A stretch of DNA of 64,000 nt from Dipteris shenzhenensis (lineage: Eukaryota): NCBI GenBank assembly GCA_047967505.1, contig CM106538.1. The stretch is one strand, 5' to 3'. Under the pieces are notes generated by a model that searched no databases, was not told the origin of the DNA, and saw only the letters and a program-made list of their open reading frames with translations. The number at the start of each line of letters is the position of its first letter. Positions within the stretch are counted from its first letter, which is position 1. A program made the translations under genes and the position numbers. This document shows, piece after piece, positions 38,146-50,905 of the stretch.

Positions 38146-40745
38146 CTACAGAACCAAGAAAGCCTGAAAAAGCAAATCACAATTTTCTACAGCTACCTAG
38201 ATAGCTTGGAAACACCTGGAACAGCCTTGGAACAGGACGCAATCACCTGGCACATGGTCTAGTATGGCATAAATAAGTCAAACAACCACTTGCCTGCTGA
38301 TAGAGAGTGACATCACATGCACCGCTGGCATCCTCAGAAGAGAAGGGAAAACCGTGCTCTAATGGTGTGGATACTGGCTTGCAATCTTCAAACTAAAAAT
38401 GCTGCAAAAGCTGTCCAATATACTTGGATTGTGACATCAAAATGCCCCCCTCACTGCTAGCACATTGAATGCCCAGATAGTAATGCAAAAGACCAAGATC
38501 AGACATAGCAAATGTCTTCTATAAGTACATGTACCACTAGGACACTTAGTTCAGTTAGGGCACTTAGCCCTAGGGTTTTGTTATATTGGCTCTCTCTTGA
38601 GCTTCTACTTAGTTTTGCAGCAATTCATTACAACAGCTCGTTTTTTGTCCTCTCTCCTTTTTTGAGCTTCCATTGCTTGCCCTAACCTACAGTGGTATTA
38701 GAGCAGGTTGGGGATCCATTCCCTCAGTCATTGCTGGCTTGTTCAAGCTGTTTGGCAGCCCCAGGACCTATCATTCTTGTTGGTTTGCTGGTTTTCTACA
38801 CACCCATGAGCATTTGTGGCCTCTCCGAGCACTTCCGTCGCAGGTAGTTTGTTTTACGCGTGTGAAGATTGCGTTTTGGAGCGCCTGCTGCGAAGGAGGT
38901 GCATTTTTGGACGATTTCAGGCTAGCTGGGACCTGTGCGGGTTCACACGTGTGGATTTTTTGCTGCTGTACGGGACTGTACGGAGCTTGGTGTCTGCATT
39001 TAATGCCCAACTGAACCGGTACGGAACTGTACGAAAGATTTCGCCTACAATTCATGCATTTCGGAGGCTGTATGGACCTGCAGAACAGCATTTAATACTG
39101 GTGCAGCATAGTACGGATAGTTGTACGGCCATTTTCTTGCTGTTCGGACTTGCTGCGCATGCATTTAGTGTTGTATGCCCTGCCCCTCGAGGCTCGTGGC
39201 AGCATTTCAAAGGTGTTTCCTTACTATCTTGTGTTGCGTGCCAAAGTTTGGAGGCATTTGGAGCTTGTTGCAGTGATCTGGAGGTCCCTCCTTGAGCCCA
39301 TTCCTCTTCATTTGGCTTCCCTTTGCCTCGGGCTGCGAGTTCCCTTCCATTGGATCACCCTCCTCTCATTTCGAAGTGTTCTCCTACTTGTGGGAGCACT
39401 TTCTCTTGCTGTAAGTCTCATTTCCAGCCCTCTCTTGGCATCTCTCATTGCCATTTTCTGTCCTTTTCACCTCTCCTTCAAGGGTGAATCCCTCTGCTCG
39501 CATTTGGAACCTTTTCCCTACTATATTTTCAGGCTACATCATTGGGTAAGCCTCGTTTGTATTGGTTCTTTCCAATTTCTGCAAAACAGCCCTTTCTTTC
39601 TTTGTTTGCATTTTGGAAAGGCCTCATGTTGCCTTGGAAGGCCTCGTGTTGCCTTTTGGGGAATTTTTGCAAGAGATACACCTTGAGACAACAAAGCCTT
39701 TTGCAGTAAAAAGCTTTGAAGCTTGAGCAGCGTTTTGCCTTTTGATTTTGAGATGTCGCCTTCCTCTCATTTGCCTTGCATTTGCCTTGAATTTCAGCAC
39801 CATGACTAGCAGCAAGGATGATTTGTTTGGGATGCTTGGGGCTGAGGACAAGCTTGATGGCACAAATTACCCCAGGTGGGCATACATGATGAGGCATGTT
39901 TTGGTTGCCAAGAATTTATGGAACATTGTATCAAGCGCTAAGGTTAAGCCTACTCATAATGCTGCTTCTGGTGCTACAGCTTTTGCCTCTGGTATTACAA
40001 GTACTGCTTCAGGCTCATTTGGTGATGGGTCTAATGCTACTTCTGGAGCAACCACATCTTTTACTACAGGTACTTTGCCTCCTACACAGAGGCAGATTCA
40101 GTGGGACGGTCGTGATGCCAAAGCACATGCCTTGATTGTTCTTTCAGTTAAAAGGGTCATTATCTCTCATATCCGGTCTTGCAAGACAGCAAAGCAAGCG
40201 TGGAATCAGCTTGCATCCTTATACCATGTGCGGAATGAGGCGAGAGTTGCCTATCTCCGCAAGCAGTTGAAGGATTTGAGCTTGAAGAGGGTGGTAATGA
40301 GGATGCCTATCTTACCAATGTGAGAGATTTGAAAGAGCAGTTGGCTAATATTGATGAGGTGGTACCTGATTCTCAGCTTGTTTCTTGTTTCTAATATCCT
40401 TGATGGGTTTTGACTCTTATCACGGCTTTGCTACTACATTGAGGTTGGTAGCAAGTGGCAACGCCAACCATTATTCCTTTGACCAGCTTACTTCAAGAGG
40501 AACAAAGCCATGCAAACCTTGCTACCCGGCATAAAAACAAAGGCAAAGGCAAGGTTTCAGCTAGTAAACCCCCTCATTCACAAGATGGTCACTCCCATAA
40601 TGCTTCTTCTTCGAGGGATAAGAAGAAGAAAAAGAGATGCAACTATTGCAAGAAACGCGGGTATGACATTTCTGAATGCAGGAAGAGAATTGCATCAGGA
40701 AGGTCTTGTAGTATCTGATTCTCCTAGTCTAGATAATCGACATGA

Positions 40746-43384
40746 TGTTGGAATACTGAAAGGAAAGAGTAGAGTGGACACAAAATCAGAATACTTGCTT
40801 ATGGAATGAAGAAAAGTGAGGTCCTTAAGTAGGCACCTCATACAAGCTCACTGACATCACTGATGACTTCAGAGCTCCACAATCATCTCCTCAATCTGCT
40901 CCTAGATTCTCTCAATCATCCTATGTGGCTCTCCACCACCTAACTGTGCTTGTGGGCACCTAACTGTGCCTCTAGCACTCACACATAGAAACATAAGGTG
41001 TGCCTGAGGCATACACCTTCAGATATCCCAACAAACCCCTCCTCAAGGAAATGCCTCAGGCTATGTCAAGGATACATCTAGTCTCATAGTTTCTCATGCC
41101 ATCTCATGGTGGTCAAGGATTAATCTATGGCTAGGTTCTCATGCTAGCAAGGGTTCCCTTGGGTGTAAGGTAAACAAAAGGGATACAAAAAGACCTTCCA
41201 ATGGTTATCTCCCCTGCATGTACATGCACACAATGTCTGCAGGAGGTACCATGGAACAAAACATACACATGGCCTACATCATAAGGTGACCAGAGGTGTT
41301 TACAAAACACACAAAACACAATAGTTTATTTTCATTCATTTTGGAGGACTATCCAGGCTGAGTACCTTGACATAAAAAGAGAGATCTGGAGCATACATAG
41401 AGATGTGTTTAAAATGCATAATCTTCAAAGGATGCCTCATCTTGTGGAGGCTCATTAACTGTAAGTAGATTTGCATTTTCTGTCTTTGCTTTGGCTCTGC
41501 AAAACTTCTCATGATGGTTGTTCTTGCCACAGTGCTTGCATGGATTAACTTTGAAGCAGTCCTTTGAAAGGTGATTTGTCTTTCCACAGTGATTGCAAGG
41601 AGTATACTTGCCCTTCTTGACTTTTACAGCATAAGCAGTGTCATTGCCTTTCCTTAGCTCCATATGCCTTTCTTCTTCTTGGAGAGCAGAGATAATGCCT
41701 TCAAGGTTAGGATTGGGAAGATTCTTCAAAGTGCTAACAATGTGATCAAAACTTTCAGGCATACTCTTAAGTAACACTGCCATAGCATCATCAGGAGTGA
41801 TAGGAGAGTTGATAGAAGCTAATTGAGTCATAAGACTCCGCATATAGTTGACATGAGCAGCTAAAGTAGTATCACTTGCCATCTTTAATTCAAAGAAAGA
41901 GATTTTAAGTGATAGTTTAGAGATGTGAGAGCTTGCACCAAAAATCATGTCTAGCTTCTGCCAAGCTTCCGAAGGAGACTCCAAATCAGAGATATGGTGT
42001 ATATAATCATCACCCAAAGCAAGAGTAATGATACCATATGCCTTTTCTTCTCTTGCTGGATCCCTTGCTGGTCGTGTCGGTGTTGAGGATTCTCCAGCAT
42101 TGGAGGCTGTAGAAGAAGCGGTAGGAGTAGGTTTGACAAGTCCCCATAAGTTCTCCCGCATCAATGCAAATTTCACCTTCATTTGCCATGTATGGAAGCC
42201 CTTTCCATTGAACTTCTCAAGATTATATATGGTAGCCATGAGAGGGTCTAACCCAGATATTGGGCAGTGTCTATCTCTCTTACAAGGCAAAAATAACTGA
42301 AAGACTTCCAAAATATGAGCACTTAATGTAGCAAATAGTAGTGACTAGATTTCAAACAATGATGCTTCTTCTTACATGCTTCATAGAAGTGGATGAAATA
42401 AACATTTTCCAATCAAAACCAGGTCTAGCAAGTCAAAACAAAACTGAATCCACACTTGTACTGAAGTTATTGAAAGCTTCAAAAAACCAGAAATGCTAGA
42501 GTAGCATTTTATGTAGCATCATCTTCAAAAACTTGTCCAAAACTATCAAAACTGAAAAGCTGAACTTGGAGGGCTTGTAGCTCACTCTTCAAAGCAAGGA
42601 AAAGAGGGCTTTCTGAAGCAAAAGAAAGCTCATATACCAGAGAAGGTCCAGCACAGAGGTTGGACGAAATGGTGCGCACTTTTGCCCGGGAGAGTTGCTA
42701 CAGGCTGAAACTGAGTTTTGACGATTTCTCCCTCGTTACTGAACCAAATGACCTGAAAAATGGCTCAAAATCTTCGTCTTGAGGTCGCCCATCTACTCCT
42801 AAGAGGGCTCAGGCAGTGGCAGAGTAGGCAGGGAGTATTGAGCAACAGAAGAAATTCGCTGTTTGGAGAATGGCAGCCACCACAGACGTTTTTTCTTCAA
42901 TTGCTTGCAGGTGGAAGTTCGCCCATACTAGAGGAGTTTCCAGCTCAGAGGGTTTGGGCAATGGCTGTTTGTAGATGGAGAACCAAGCTCTCAAAGATTT
43001 TGGGAAGAAAGAGGAAAATGGAGAAGAAGAAGAAGATGATGATGATGATGATGTGGCAGAAATGGGCTCAAGGGGGATCAAAGGGCTCTGATACCATGTT
43101 GGAATACTGAAAGGAAAGAGTAGAGTGGACACAAAATCAGAATACTTGCTTATGGAATGAAGAAAAGTGAGGTCCTTAAGTAGGCACCTCATACAAGCTC
43201 ACTGACATCATTGATGACTTCAGAGCTCCACAATCATCTCCTCAATCTGCTCCTAGATTCTCTCAATCATCCTATGTGGCTCTCCACCACCTAACTATGC
43301 TTGTGGGCACCTAACTGTGCCTCTAGCACTCACACATAGAAACATAAGGTGTGCCTGAGGCATACACCTTGAGATATCCCAACA
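40746..43384 (-). mobile_element. Gag-only non-autonomous LTR retrotransposon (TR-GAG type), 2,639 bp
   Basis: 288-bp TG..CA LTRs at 40746-41033 and 43097-43384 (3 differences seen); TSD CATGA; PBS at 43085-43096; PPT next to 41034; no pol. Confidence 0.93.
41409..42239 (-). CDS. gag: Intact Gag (276 aa) with two CCHC zinc knuckles
   Basis: MATIYNLEKFNGKGFHTWQMKV..; CNHCGKTNHLSKDC and CKHCGKNNHHEKFC. Confidence 0.88.
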   Translation of the reverse strand: MATIYNLEKFNGKGFHTWQMKVKFALMRENLWGLVKPTPTASSTASNAGESSTPTRPARDPAREEKAYGIITLALGDDYIHHISDLESPSEAWQKLDMIFGASSHISKLSLKISFFELKMASDTTLAAHVNYMRSLMTQLASINSPITPDDAMAVLLKSMPESFDHIVSTLKNLPNPNLEGIISALQEEERHMELRKGNDTAYAVKVKKGKYTPCNHCGKTNHLSKDCFKVNPCKHCGKNNHHEKFCRAKAKTENANLLTVNEPPQDEASFEDYAF

Positions 43385-45441
43385 CATGAGCCAGCTAACT
43401 TTGCACAAGACCAGCATTGGGCTTTTCTTGTTACGTGTCGATATAATCCCGATGTTCATGATGTTCATGAAGGGTCGCGTCGACAAAAGAGAGCACGTAC
43501 AAGATACAGGGGTCGATGAGAAACGCCGTCACGTCAACTAGGATAGATGAAAAAAGGAATACAAGATACTTGTACCTAGACCTAAAGGAATACAAGGTAC
43601 TTGTACCTAGCCCTAGGACTAAGTGTCCTAGGTGTCACATAGAACTAAGTGTCCTATGAGGCCTACCAGGCACAAACGCTACAAGTGCCTATATTTATGC
43701 CTACAAGGCACATACCATAGCCTATAGGGCATCACTAGAACCACCAGGAGATGGCCTACAAACCCCCCTCCATGGGATGGGCTAAAGTACTCTGGAAACG
43801 TCTCAGAATACCTGGTATTTTCTGGTCATCGTGGCACATGTTCCTCCAAAAGGATATAGCCACCTACGAATGTGCAAGGGATGTCAGATCATGTAACAAA
43901 GGGAACCAAGTGTAAAGCCTGTCGAAAGACTTCGAACTTCAGACGAGGAAGTGCCTCTATAAACATATCTCCTATGTTGTCCTCTATGGGAAGATAGGAC
44001 AACTCTATGTCTCCTGTTGACAACCGCTCCCGAACATAATGATAGTGAACTTCAATATGCCTGATACGCGCATGAAACACTGGGTTACGCGCAATGGCCA
44101 AAGCACTCTGACTATCAGTGTAGACCATAGTGGAGGATGTCTGGCGAATACCAAGATTCGTAAGTAACTGTCGAAGCCAAACACACTCTACTGTAGCGGT
44201 GAAAGCTGCCCTGTACTCAGCCTCATAGCTAGATGTGGCAACTGTTGGTTGCTTCTTGCTGAGCCAAGAGATACATGAATTGCCAAGCAAAAAACAATTG
44301 CCAGTATGTGACACTCTAGTGTCGGAACATCCTGCCCAGTCACTATCCGTGTAAGCATGCATAGTAAGTGAACCCTGATCACCATAGAAGAGGGCTAAAT
44401 CCTGAGTGCCTCTAAGATATTTGAAGACTCTCTTCACTGCCTGCCAATGCTGTGAATTGGGCATGTGCATGAATCTGCTGAGCTGACATACTGCATACTG
44501 TAAGTCAGGTTTGGTGTGACATAAATAAATAAGGTACAACCGAAACTGAATTTAAAAACTGTCCACAGCTCTCCCTTCTCCAAAGCTCTCCCTCTCTCTG
44601 GACAAACACTAGGGCCCAGGACAAATTGTCGGGCTGGACCCCCCCGAAGGTCTTTATTACTTTCAGAAAAACTGTTACAAAAGTTCAGCAGGAAGCTGTC
44701 TCGTAAGTCTCTCTCATAAAACGTCAAAAGAACTCTCTTTCTTACAAGAGCTTCAAGCCCCATTCAAATTGGCAACATGCCACTTGTCTAAAATCTAGAC
44801 TAACTCTTATTACAAGCCACATAGGGCCATTCTGGAGTCTTCCAGGCTCTCGGTCACACGAACCGCTTCCTAGGTGCTTGTCAGGCTCCCATCTCGCTTA
44901 GGAAAATAATCCTTCCTAGTACCTGCAACAATTAATTAAAGCGCACCACCATGGTACCCATTAATTGTTAGCGCTTTGCATGCAAAATAACACACTGTGG
45001 ACTAATCCTAGTCACGGTGGGCGTCCCCACTGAACACATGTGCACATCTAAACAAATATATATATATATATATAAATATATATATATTTTCTCTGGTTGA
45101 CCGGAGTCAACACTCTTGATTATAATTAAAGAGCTTCGACCCAAGGTCAGGGCGCCTTAATTATAGCCAAGTCTCTCCAACCGAGGTTGGCACATCTTGG
45201 TTAACCGGTGTTAACCCCTCTTGGCGCATGCCAAGTCTTGTTGACCGAAGTCAACGCTCTCTGACCATAGTCAGGTTTACTTGACTAGAGTCAAGTATCT
45301 TTGACCGTAGTCAATCCTTTGACCATTAAAATAACTCTTTGACCGTAATTAACACATATAAAACTCTTTAATTATGATCAAATAAATGGTCAACTGTACT
45401 TTGACTTAGGATATTTACATTTGGTGACATCCCCTCGGCTT

Positions 45442-48400
45442 CTATTCAGTTGACCTCAACTGAAAAGCTTCCTTGTAAACATCCAAAAGCTGTGGATGAT
45501 CGGATAACATGTCTTCGTCCATCCACTTGGCATCTAATGCCGTATAATTCTTGAATTTTACAAGATACCTGTAAAATTCTTTACCCTGAGGGCCTTTACG
45601 TACAATATGGTACACAATTTGCTCTGGCTGAAGGACTTCCTCCAGCTCATCCACTTCTGGTGGATCTTCTGATACTGGTTCTGTAGGCTCTGGTCCCTGA
45701 AATTTCTTTAGAAGACTCACATGGAATGCATTGTGAATCCTCCAATGCTCTGGCAATGCTAATCTGTATGCAACCTCATTTATTCTTTCTGTAACCCTGA
45801 AAGGGCCATAGTATCTGGGAGATAACTTTGCATACACTTTCTGTTTGCCTTTAAACTTGCGGAGCCTAGCTTTTTCAAACTTTAAAAGTACCCAGTCCCC
45901 TTCCTTGAGATCCAACTGTCTCCTATGTTTATCTGCAGCCCTTTTATGTTTCTCTTGAGACCTTTCAATTGCTGTCCGGACTTGGCTGTAAGCTGTCTGG
46001 AGGTCTCTTACAAACTGATCAGCTGCAAATATTTCATCTTTAGTCCTCAATATAGGTGGCAAAATCACCTTCCCATATATGACTTCAAAAGGGGCTTTCC
46101 CTGTAGAGCTATGTACTGTATTATTGTAAGCAAACTCTACTAACGGTAGGTACTTTTCCCAGTCTGAACTTTGGTCACCCACGTAGCATTTCAGCATATC
46201 CAAAATGGTAGAATTTGCTACTTCACTTTGACCATCTGTCTGGGGATGGAAAGAAGAAGAAAAATTCAAATTCGTCCCCATGTTATCAAATAAAGCTCTC
46301 CAGAATAGACTGGTCATTCTGGGATCTCGATCACTAACAATGGACTTAGGCATACCATGATGTTTAAAGATCTGTGCCATAAACAACTTAGCCATATGAT
46401 CTGCCTTTATGGTTTTGCGAACCGGAAGGAAATGAGCTTGCTTGCTGAATCTGTCTATGATAGTCCAAATCCCGTCATTTCCTGACTTTGATCTTGGCAA
46501 ATCAAAAATAAAGTCCATTGTAATATTTTCCCATGGTGCCTGAGGCACGGGAAGAGGCATAAGTAGGCCAGGTGCCTTCTGTCTATCATACTTCATTTTC
46601 TGACACGTAAGGCATTCAGTAACAAACTGATGTATATCTTTCCGCATTTCTGGCCAAAAGAAATACCTCTCTAGTGCTAGAGTTGTTGCTGTAATTCCTC
46701 TGTGTCCAGCATAGGGAGGTGCATGGCATTCCTCCAAAATCTTTTTCCTCATCTCCTGGGTGATGCATAGGCAATCATCTTTCATTAAATACCCATCTTT
46801 CAGGGAATAGTGACTGGTGGATTGCCCTTCTTGCATCTGCTGTAAAATTTCACCAAAATCAGAATCATGAGCATATTGTTCCCTCATGTCTTCCAGGTCT
46901 TGATGATAAGCAATAGTTACATTATTGACCTGGGGTCTTCGGGACAAGGCATCTGCCACTCTGTTCCGAATTCCTGGAGTATGGACAATCTGAAAATGAT
47001 ACATTGACAGCATGTTTGCCCATTTCATATGCTTCTCTGAAAGCTTGGTCTGAGTCAAAAAGTATTTCAGACTTTGGTGATCTGTTTTAACAGTAAAATC
47101 TGCACCCAAAAGGTAATGTTTCCAGGTATGGATAGCATGAATTACAGCCAATAACTCTTTCTCATAGATTCCTAAATATCTTTCCGCATCCCGAAGTCGC
47201 CTGCTTTCATAAGCTACTACATGACCATTCTGATGCAATGCAGCCCCAACACATTCTCCACAAGCATCACAATCCACATCAAAAGACTGATACATATCCG
47301 GAACTACCAGAATAGGCTCTGTAGTCAACTTTTCCTTGAGTGTATTGAATGCTTTCTTCTGTGATAATCCCCATGTGAAGGCTGCATTTTTCTTAGTGAG
47401 GTCATGTAATGGAGCTGCGATATCAGCAAAATGTCTGATAAACCTTCTGTAGTAAGAACACAAGCCTAAAAAGCTTCGAACTTCATGCACAGTTTTCAGC
47501 TCTGGCCATTCTTGAATGGCACGGATCTTCGCTGGATCCATTTGTATCCCATTCTTGGATATTATATGCCCCAGATAATGGATTTCTTCCAAGAAGAACT
47601 CACTTTTCTTGCTGTTTGCATAGAGCTGATGATTTCTCAGCTCTTGAAACACTATAGCAAGATGTTCTCTGTGGTCTTCATCTGTCTTAGAAAAAACTAA
47701 GATATCATCAAAGAAAGTACCGGTAAAATGCCTGTACTTCCGGAAGATGCGATCCATCATTCTATTAAATGTGGCTGGAGCATTTGTCAATCCAAAAGGC
47801 ATCACTAAGTATTCATACAACCCGAATGTTGTGCGGAATGCTGTCTTATGCACATCCTGAGGCTGTATCCTCACTTAGTGGTAGCCACTCTTCAAGTCTA
47901 TCCTGCTGAAAACTGAAGCTCCATTTAACTGATCCAAGACATCATCAATACGCGGAATAGGGAATCTATTCTTGATGGTCATTTTGTTCAGTGCGCGATA
48001 ATCAACGCACATACGGAATGAACCATCTTTCTTCTGTACTAACAGTACAGGGGAACAAAAAGGAGACGAGCTGGGCTGAATCAAGCCTTTGGACAGCAAG
48101 TCCTGTACTTGAGCCATAATCTCCTCTCTCTGAGTCGCACTGACTCTATAAGGGGGTCTGTTTGGTGGCTCACTACCAGGCATTAACTCTATCTGATGAT
48201 CTTCTGGTCTCTCTGGGGGTAACTCCCCTGGCAAAACATCAGAAAAGCAATCTTTAAAGTTTACCAAAAACTGAAACTTATCTTTGTCTGCATCATTCAT
48301 TTCAGCATGCATATCAGTCTCTTTTTCTTTTACAAAAACCATGTACGCAGAAATTGCAGACTTTATTGCTTTACCGCATGAAACATCAGATACAATGGGG

Positions 48401-50103
48401 ATAGTGTCCCCTTTATTCCTGGCAATTACACGCTGATTTTTCCCCCTATGTACAAATTCCAGCACTCTTTCAGGAAGAGTCAACTTCACTGCCTTACGAT
48501 GAAACCAAGGCATCCCCAAAACTACATCATAATGTTTCAGTGGAGAAATGAAGAAGTCTTCCTGATCCACATAACTCTGAATATGAAGACGGAGCTTCCC
48601 TATCAAGGGAGTAACTGGCACAGGATTCCCACAAAACATTTGATCGGCATCCAAAGCCCTGCCTAGCTCTTCCGTCTTTATTCCCAGCCTCAGGGCTAGA
48701 TCCTCTGATATGAAATTATCAGTAGCCCCTGGATCAAATAAAATCAGCGCTTGCTGGTCTCTAACTTTGCCCCATGATAGCAGCAATTCTCGTTCTTCTG
48801 GGTTCAAAGCATGACCCAGTATATCAGGAATACCCCCCGCCATTGGCTTTTGCGGTCCTCGTGGCTTCTCTGCCTCTTTTCCCTTCGATGATGAAGGCTT
48901 TTCTGGGCACTGGGCAGCCACATGCCCCTCTTTACCGCACCTGAAGCATTTCCCATCTCTACGGAATTCCGCTATCTGTTCAGGGGTAAAAATAGATTTG
49001 CCCTTATAGGTCTTTGAGAACTGAGTACCCCTCGGCTTCTGAGACTGAAACCCTTTCTTTTCAGCCTTAGGGGACTCTTTCTTTTCTGATTTTTGAAAAT
49101 CAGATTTCTTTTTATCAGCACGTCCTGCATGCAAGGATGGCACTGTAGATGGATCTTGTAGCGGTACAAGACTCGCTACTGAGGCTGAATGCATAAGATC
49201 TTGAATATTCTTTGCCCCCAAAGCATTCACTACTGCCTGAATTCTTGGAGTGAGACCTGCTCTGTACTTCCTCATCTGGGTACCTTTGGAGATCTTTTTG
49301 AACGGTGCAACCTGCAAATAAGCATCCCAGAACTTTTGGTTGTACCCATCCACTGTATCTCCTGCATCCATGTGCAAGCTGTCCCAGTCTTGAAGAACAT
49401 GGTCTCTGAACTGTTTAGGCATGAACTGCTGGTAGAAGGCTTTCTTGAAGCCCTTCCACTTTCTTGGGGCTGACCCATCTGTAGTCAGTGCACTCCACCA
49501 TGCACTAGCCGTTGCTGTTAAGTGTAAGCTGACCATTCTTAATTTGGAGGATTCTGAAAATTTCTCTGTACCAAATGCAGCATCAAACTGTCTGATAAAC
49601 TGCAATGCTTTGTCTGTATGACCATACTGTCCATTGTAGGTCATAAACTTGACAGATTTTCCTCCCTCTTTAAATTCCTTGGTCGCTTTGGAAGACTTTC
49701 TCTTCCCAGACTTCTCGTGTTCCTTCTTCCTGGATGGTTTATCTGATAAGGAAGAAGAAGACACAGAAGTCGAACTCGAGGTAGACGGTGATGGACTAGG
49801 AGATCAGTGACGATGCCTCGATCTCTTTTTACTATGGAACCGTCTCCTATGAGATCTATGAGATCTCTCTCTCTCAGACTGTACACGGGAGTGTGCCTCT
49901 GGCATTGGCACGTCATATACTGGATCAGGCATAGCCTCTGCTGGAAACAAATGCTGAGCCCTGGGATCCCTTTTAAGATTTTCCAGCTCTTGTATACGAG
50001 TGCGTACCATTTGTTCAAATTCTTGTTGAGTTTGTGGCACATTCCTCTGTCTTGGATGCTCATCCCTATCTTGAGAATCCCACTGGATAGGTGATTGATC
50101 CAT
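45442..50103 (-). pseudogene. Single-frame gag-pol (gag, protease, RT, RNase H, integrase, chromodomain) with two in-frame stops
   Basis: [45 protein letters not shown]. Stops at 49804-49806 and 47875-47877. Confidence 0.9.
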
Positions 50104-50749
50104 ATTCTGAGATCTGCAGATTTCTCACACAGTGCGGGTAACTGATGCACACTACCTTTGCTTTTCCAACAGAAAAGGTACCTCAACAAGAGGTGTTTTG
50201 CATTCACAATCTATGCCAGTACTGGCTGTCAGTTCAAGGCATGTACCCACACAGTTGCCAAAGCATCATCAACTATGTTGCCCTTTTCTGGCTGCTGCAG
50301 ATGGCTTCAAAAGGCATCTGTTTTTCCCTCTTTTTACTGCTCAAAGGCATGCATTCTCCTTTTTCTGCAAATCTCTGTTTTCTCTGCTTTTCTCTGGTTT
50401 TCTGCTACTTTTCTGACAGTAAAAACCTGACAGGCAGGAGAAAATTGATAGCCAAAACTGTCTCTGCAACTGTCTCTTTTTTTTTTTTTTTTTTTTTTTT
50501 TGAAAACAGTAACCAGATGGAGTGACTGCTAGTTAGTCTAACCAGACTAACTGGTTCTGGTTACACCAACCAAACTGATCTGGTTAGGCCAGATTAACTG
50601 GACTAAAGTTGAACTAACTGGACACTGGTTCAACTAACCAGAGTTAACTGACTACGGTTGACTTAACCAGGGTTTCTCTAACCACAGGTCAACCAACCAG
50701 GGTTTAACTGTACCAGGGTTAACTTAACCACTGGTCTGCCAGGCTGGCT

Positions 50750-50905
50750 GCCACGTGTCAGTGCCATGTCAGCATCTGAGCTGTCTGCCACCTGTACTGC
50801 GCCACGTCAGCGCCACGTGTCCTGTGCCACGTGTCACTGCCACGTCATCTGGTGCACTGTGAACCTGCTGGCTGCCACGTCAGCATCACGTCAGCGCCAC
50901 GTGTC
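50750..50905. promoter_or_regulatory. Cluster of ABRE/G-box-like motifs in the chromovirus leader
   Basis: Four GCCACGTGTC and three GCCACGTCA within ~155 bp. Function is inferred only. Confidence 0.5.

Larger units (their letters stand above)
38530..43467 (+). mobile_element. Copia element A (5' LTR end, PBS, gag), interrupted by two later insertions
   Basis: PBS TGGTATTAGAGC at 38693; gag from 39802 (DKLDGTNYPRWAY..CNYCKKRGYDISEC); coding resumes at 43385-43467 (PANFAQDQHWAF) after the gag-only element. Left boundary is approximate. Confidence 0.8.

Noticed and set aside
47875-47877. Programmed stop-codon readthrough
   Set aside because: The stop lies inside RT at a conserved Gln (CAA>TAA), not at a gag/pol boundary.
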